DNA of 64,000 nucleotides from Saccostrea echinata (taxonomy: Eukaryota). The stretch's first letter is position 1. Every line of letters starts with the position of its first letter. The stretch covers positions 2,790,001 to 2,854,000 of the forward strand of contig NW_026889756.1 of assembly GCF_033153115.1 (NCBI RefSeq), given 5' to 3'. Under the pieces are notes generated by a model, which was not told the DNA's origin, ran no database searches, and saw only the letters and a program-made list of their open reading frames with translations. Position numbers and translations under genes: made by a program. Below are positions 62,586 to 64,000 of this stretch, piece after piece.

Positions 62586-64000
62586 GAGGAAAAGACTACA
62601 CTGCTTAAAATTGTGATGGAAATCTATGAAATAATGCAATGTATTAATGTATATGAAATGTGTGAAACCTTTTAATAAGTACAAGTAGATATGTGTGGAC
62701 CCATTGTTTCTTATCTATAGGTTTGGTGAGGTGGTGGTGGTGGTGGTTCCCAATCCCTAAAAAATCGACTCAAGAATCTTTAAGACATGAGATAAGATTA
62801 ATCGCCTTTATGACTTTTCACATAAAATGTTGGAACTGAATAAACGAATTATAAGTACTATTTGTTTTACCAAAAAAAAAAAAAAATTTAAAAATACTTA
62901 CGATAGAATTTGCGACATAGATCTTACGATATTGCTACAATGCTTTTGTTTTACACCTTAAAGCGTATCTTAAGATAGCTCTAAGATATCTCTTCTTTTA
63001 AAGAAATTTAACATGAATGCATCTATTGGCATATCTTAGGAAACTTTCATGCAGGTCTTATAACAGTCAGTTGAAATTCTCAGAAGAGGTCTCTTACTGT
63101 GGCTACCAATTAGACATTTATATATTTTAGACACATTTTAAACGCTTAATAAATTTGAAATAGTAATTTCCATTCAATGTTGTCTCGATACATCCCGTGA
63201 ACTCAAAATAAATAACACTACAATCTGCCAAATCTCCTCATACTGATTTTTATGTTTAACTGACTATTGATATTACATGTAATTGCCAACTAACAACCTC
63301 ATGTATGAGGAACAGGATGACTTCAGCTGTTTTCATCAACTTCCCTTATTTATGTAGTTGAAGTTACCATTGAATATTTTTCTTATGAAAAATTAATCGA
63401 CTCAACCACAATACTAGTTTGAACTGTATTTAAATCCATCTATATGAAAGAGTTCTTAAGACTTAGGCTCTTCAGTCAATGAAATGCACAGACCTATATA
63501 ACAATATTTTATGTGATTACATCCATTTTGTACGAATAATTTATACAGATACATGTATAAGTATAAAAAGAAATTGTCTTTTTTTCATTGATAAGAAAGG
63601 TTACAATCAGAACAGAAGAACAATTACATGACCGCTATGCGGGAAACATTACGGAAAGAAAACATTACTTTTTGTTTTATTCCACTATCTTATATCTCAC
63701 ATGTCCCCGAAGAACATGTTCAGAGTACCATTAAATTTTGAACCCAGGTGGGCCACAAACAAATTAGGTGATGTTACAGGGATTTCATCACTAAAGTTAA
63801 GGTCGTTTTTCTGCGATCGATCACCGTTCCTCATCATTATCTTTTCTCAAGCCAACGTTTTCAATTTGAAATGCAAAAAAAAAATTCTTTTTCTTTCTTC
63901 AGCAAAAGTTATTTTTCTTATTTCGTATCAAATTGTCTGTTTGCAAATGAATTTTTGCATTCAAATACTCTTACATTATTTTATACCCAATCCGTTTGTT

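Overview
AT-rich animal genomic DNA with spliceosomal introns. The repeat landscape (Helentron/HINE elements with ~160-170 bp satellite arrays, TTAA-flanked palindromic MITEs, Penelope remnants, RING-less B-box/NHL genes) suggests a bivalve, probably an oyster; this is inference. Genes assembled by hand: (1) an 8-coding-exon Shiftless (SHFL/RyDEN/C19orf66) homolog, + strand 1589-6382, 323 aa, largely missed by the ORF track, with an apparent UBA-like N-terminus and an RGG/Tyr-Gly-rich insertion; (2) a 4-exon RERG/RASL-like small GTPase, - strand 18760-9845; (3) a 2-exon uncharacterised basic protein with a FAM167/LURAP-like coiled motif, - strand 23502-21989; (4) three RING-less TRIM-like genes (2 B-boxes, coiled coil, NHL-like propeller), two of which lie in a ~12-14 kb tandem duplication. 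The most unusual non-coding structure is a ~505 bp miniature LTR retroelement (35685-36189) whose LTRs are tRNA-derived, with PBS, PPT and hairpin, plus a third tRNA-like arm in inverted orientation (Helenus/Cassandra-type). There is also a nested Helentron cluster (25.3-29.8 kb), a templated-insertion repair scar (41.3-41.5 kb) and a 212-N assembly gap. All calls come from reading the sequence; no database searches were run.
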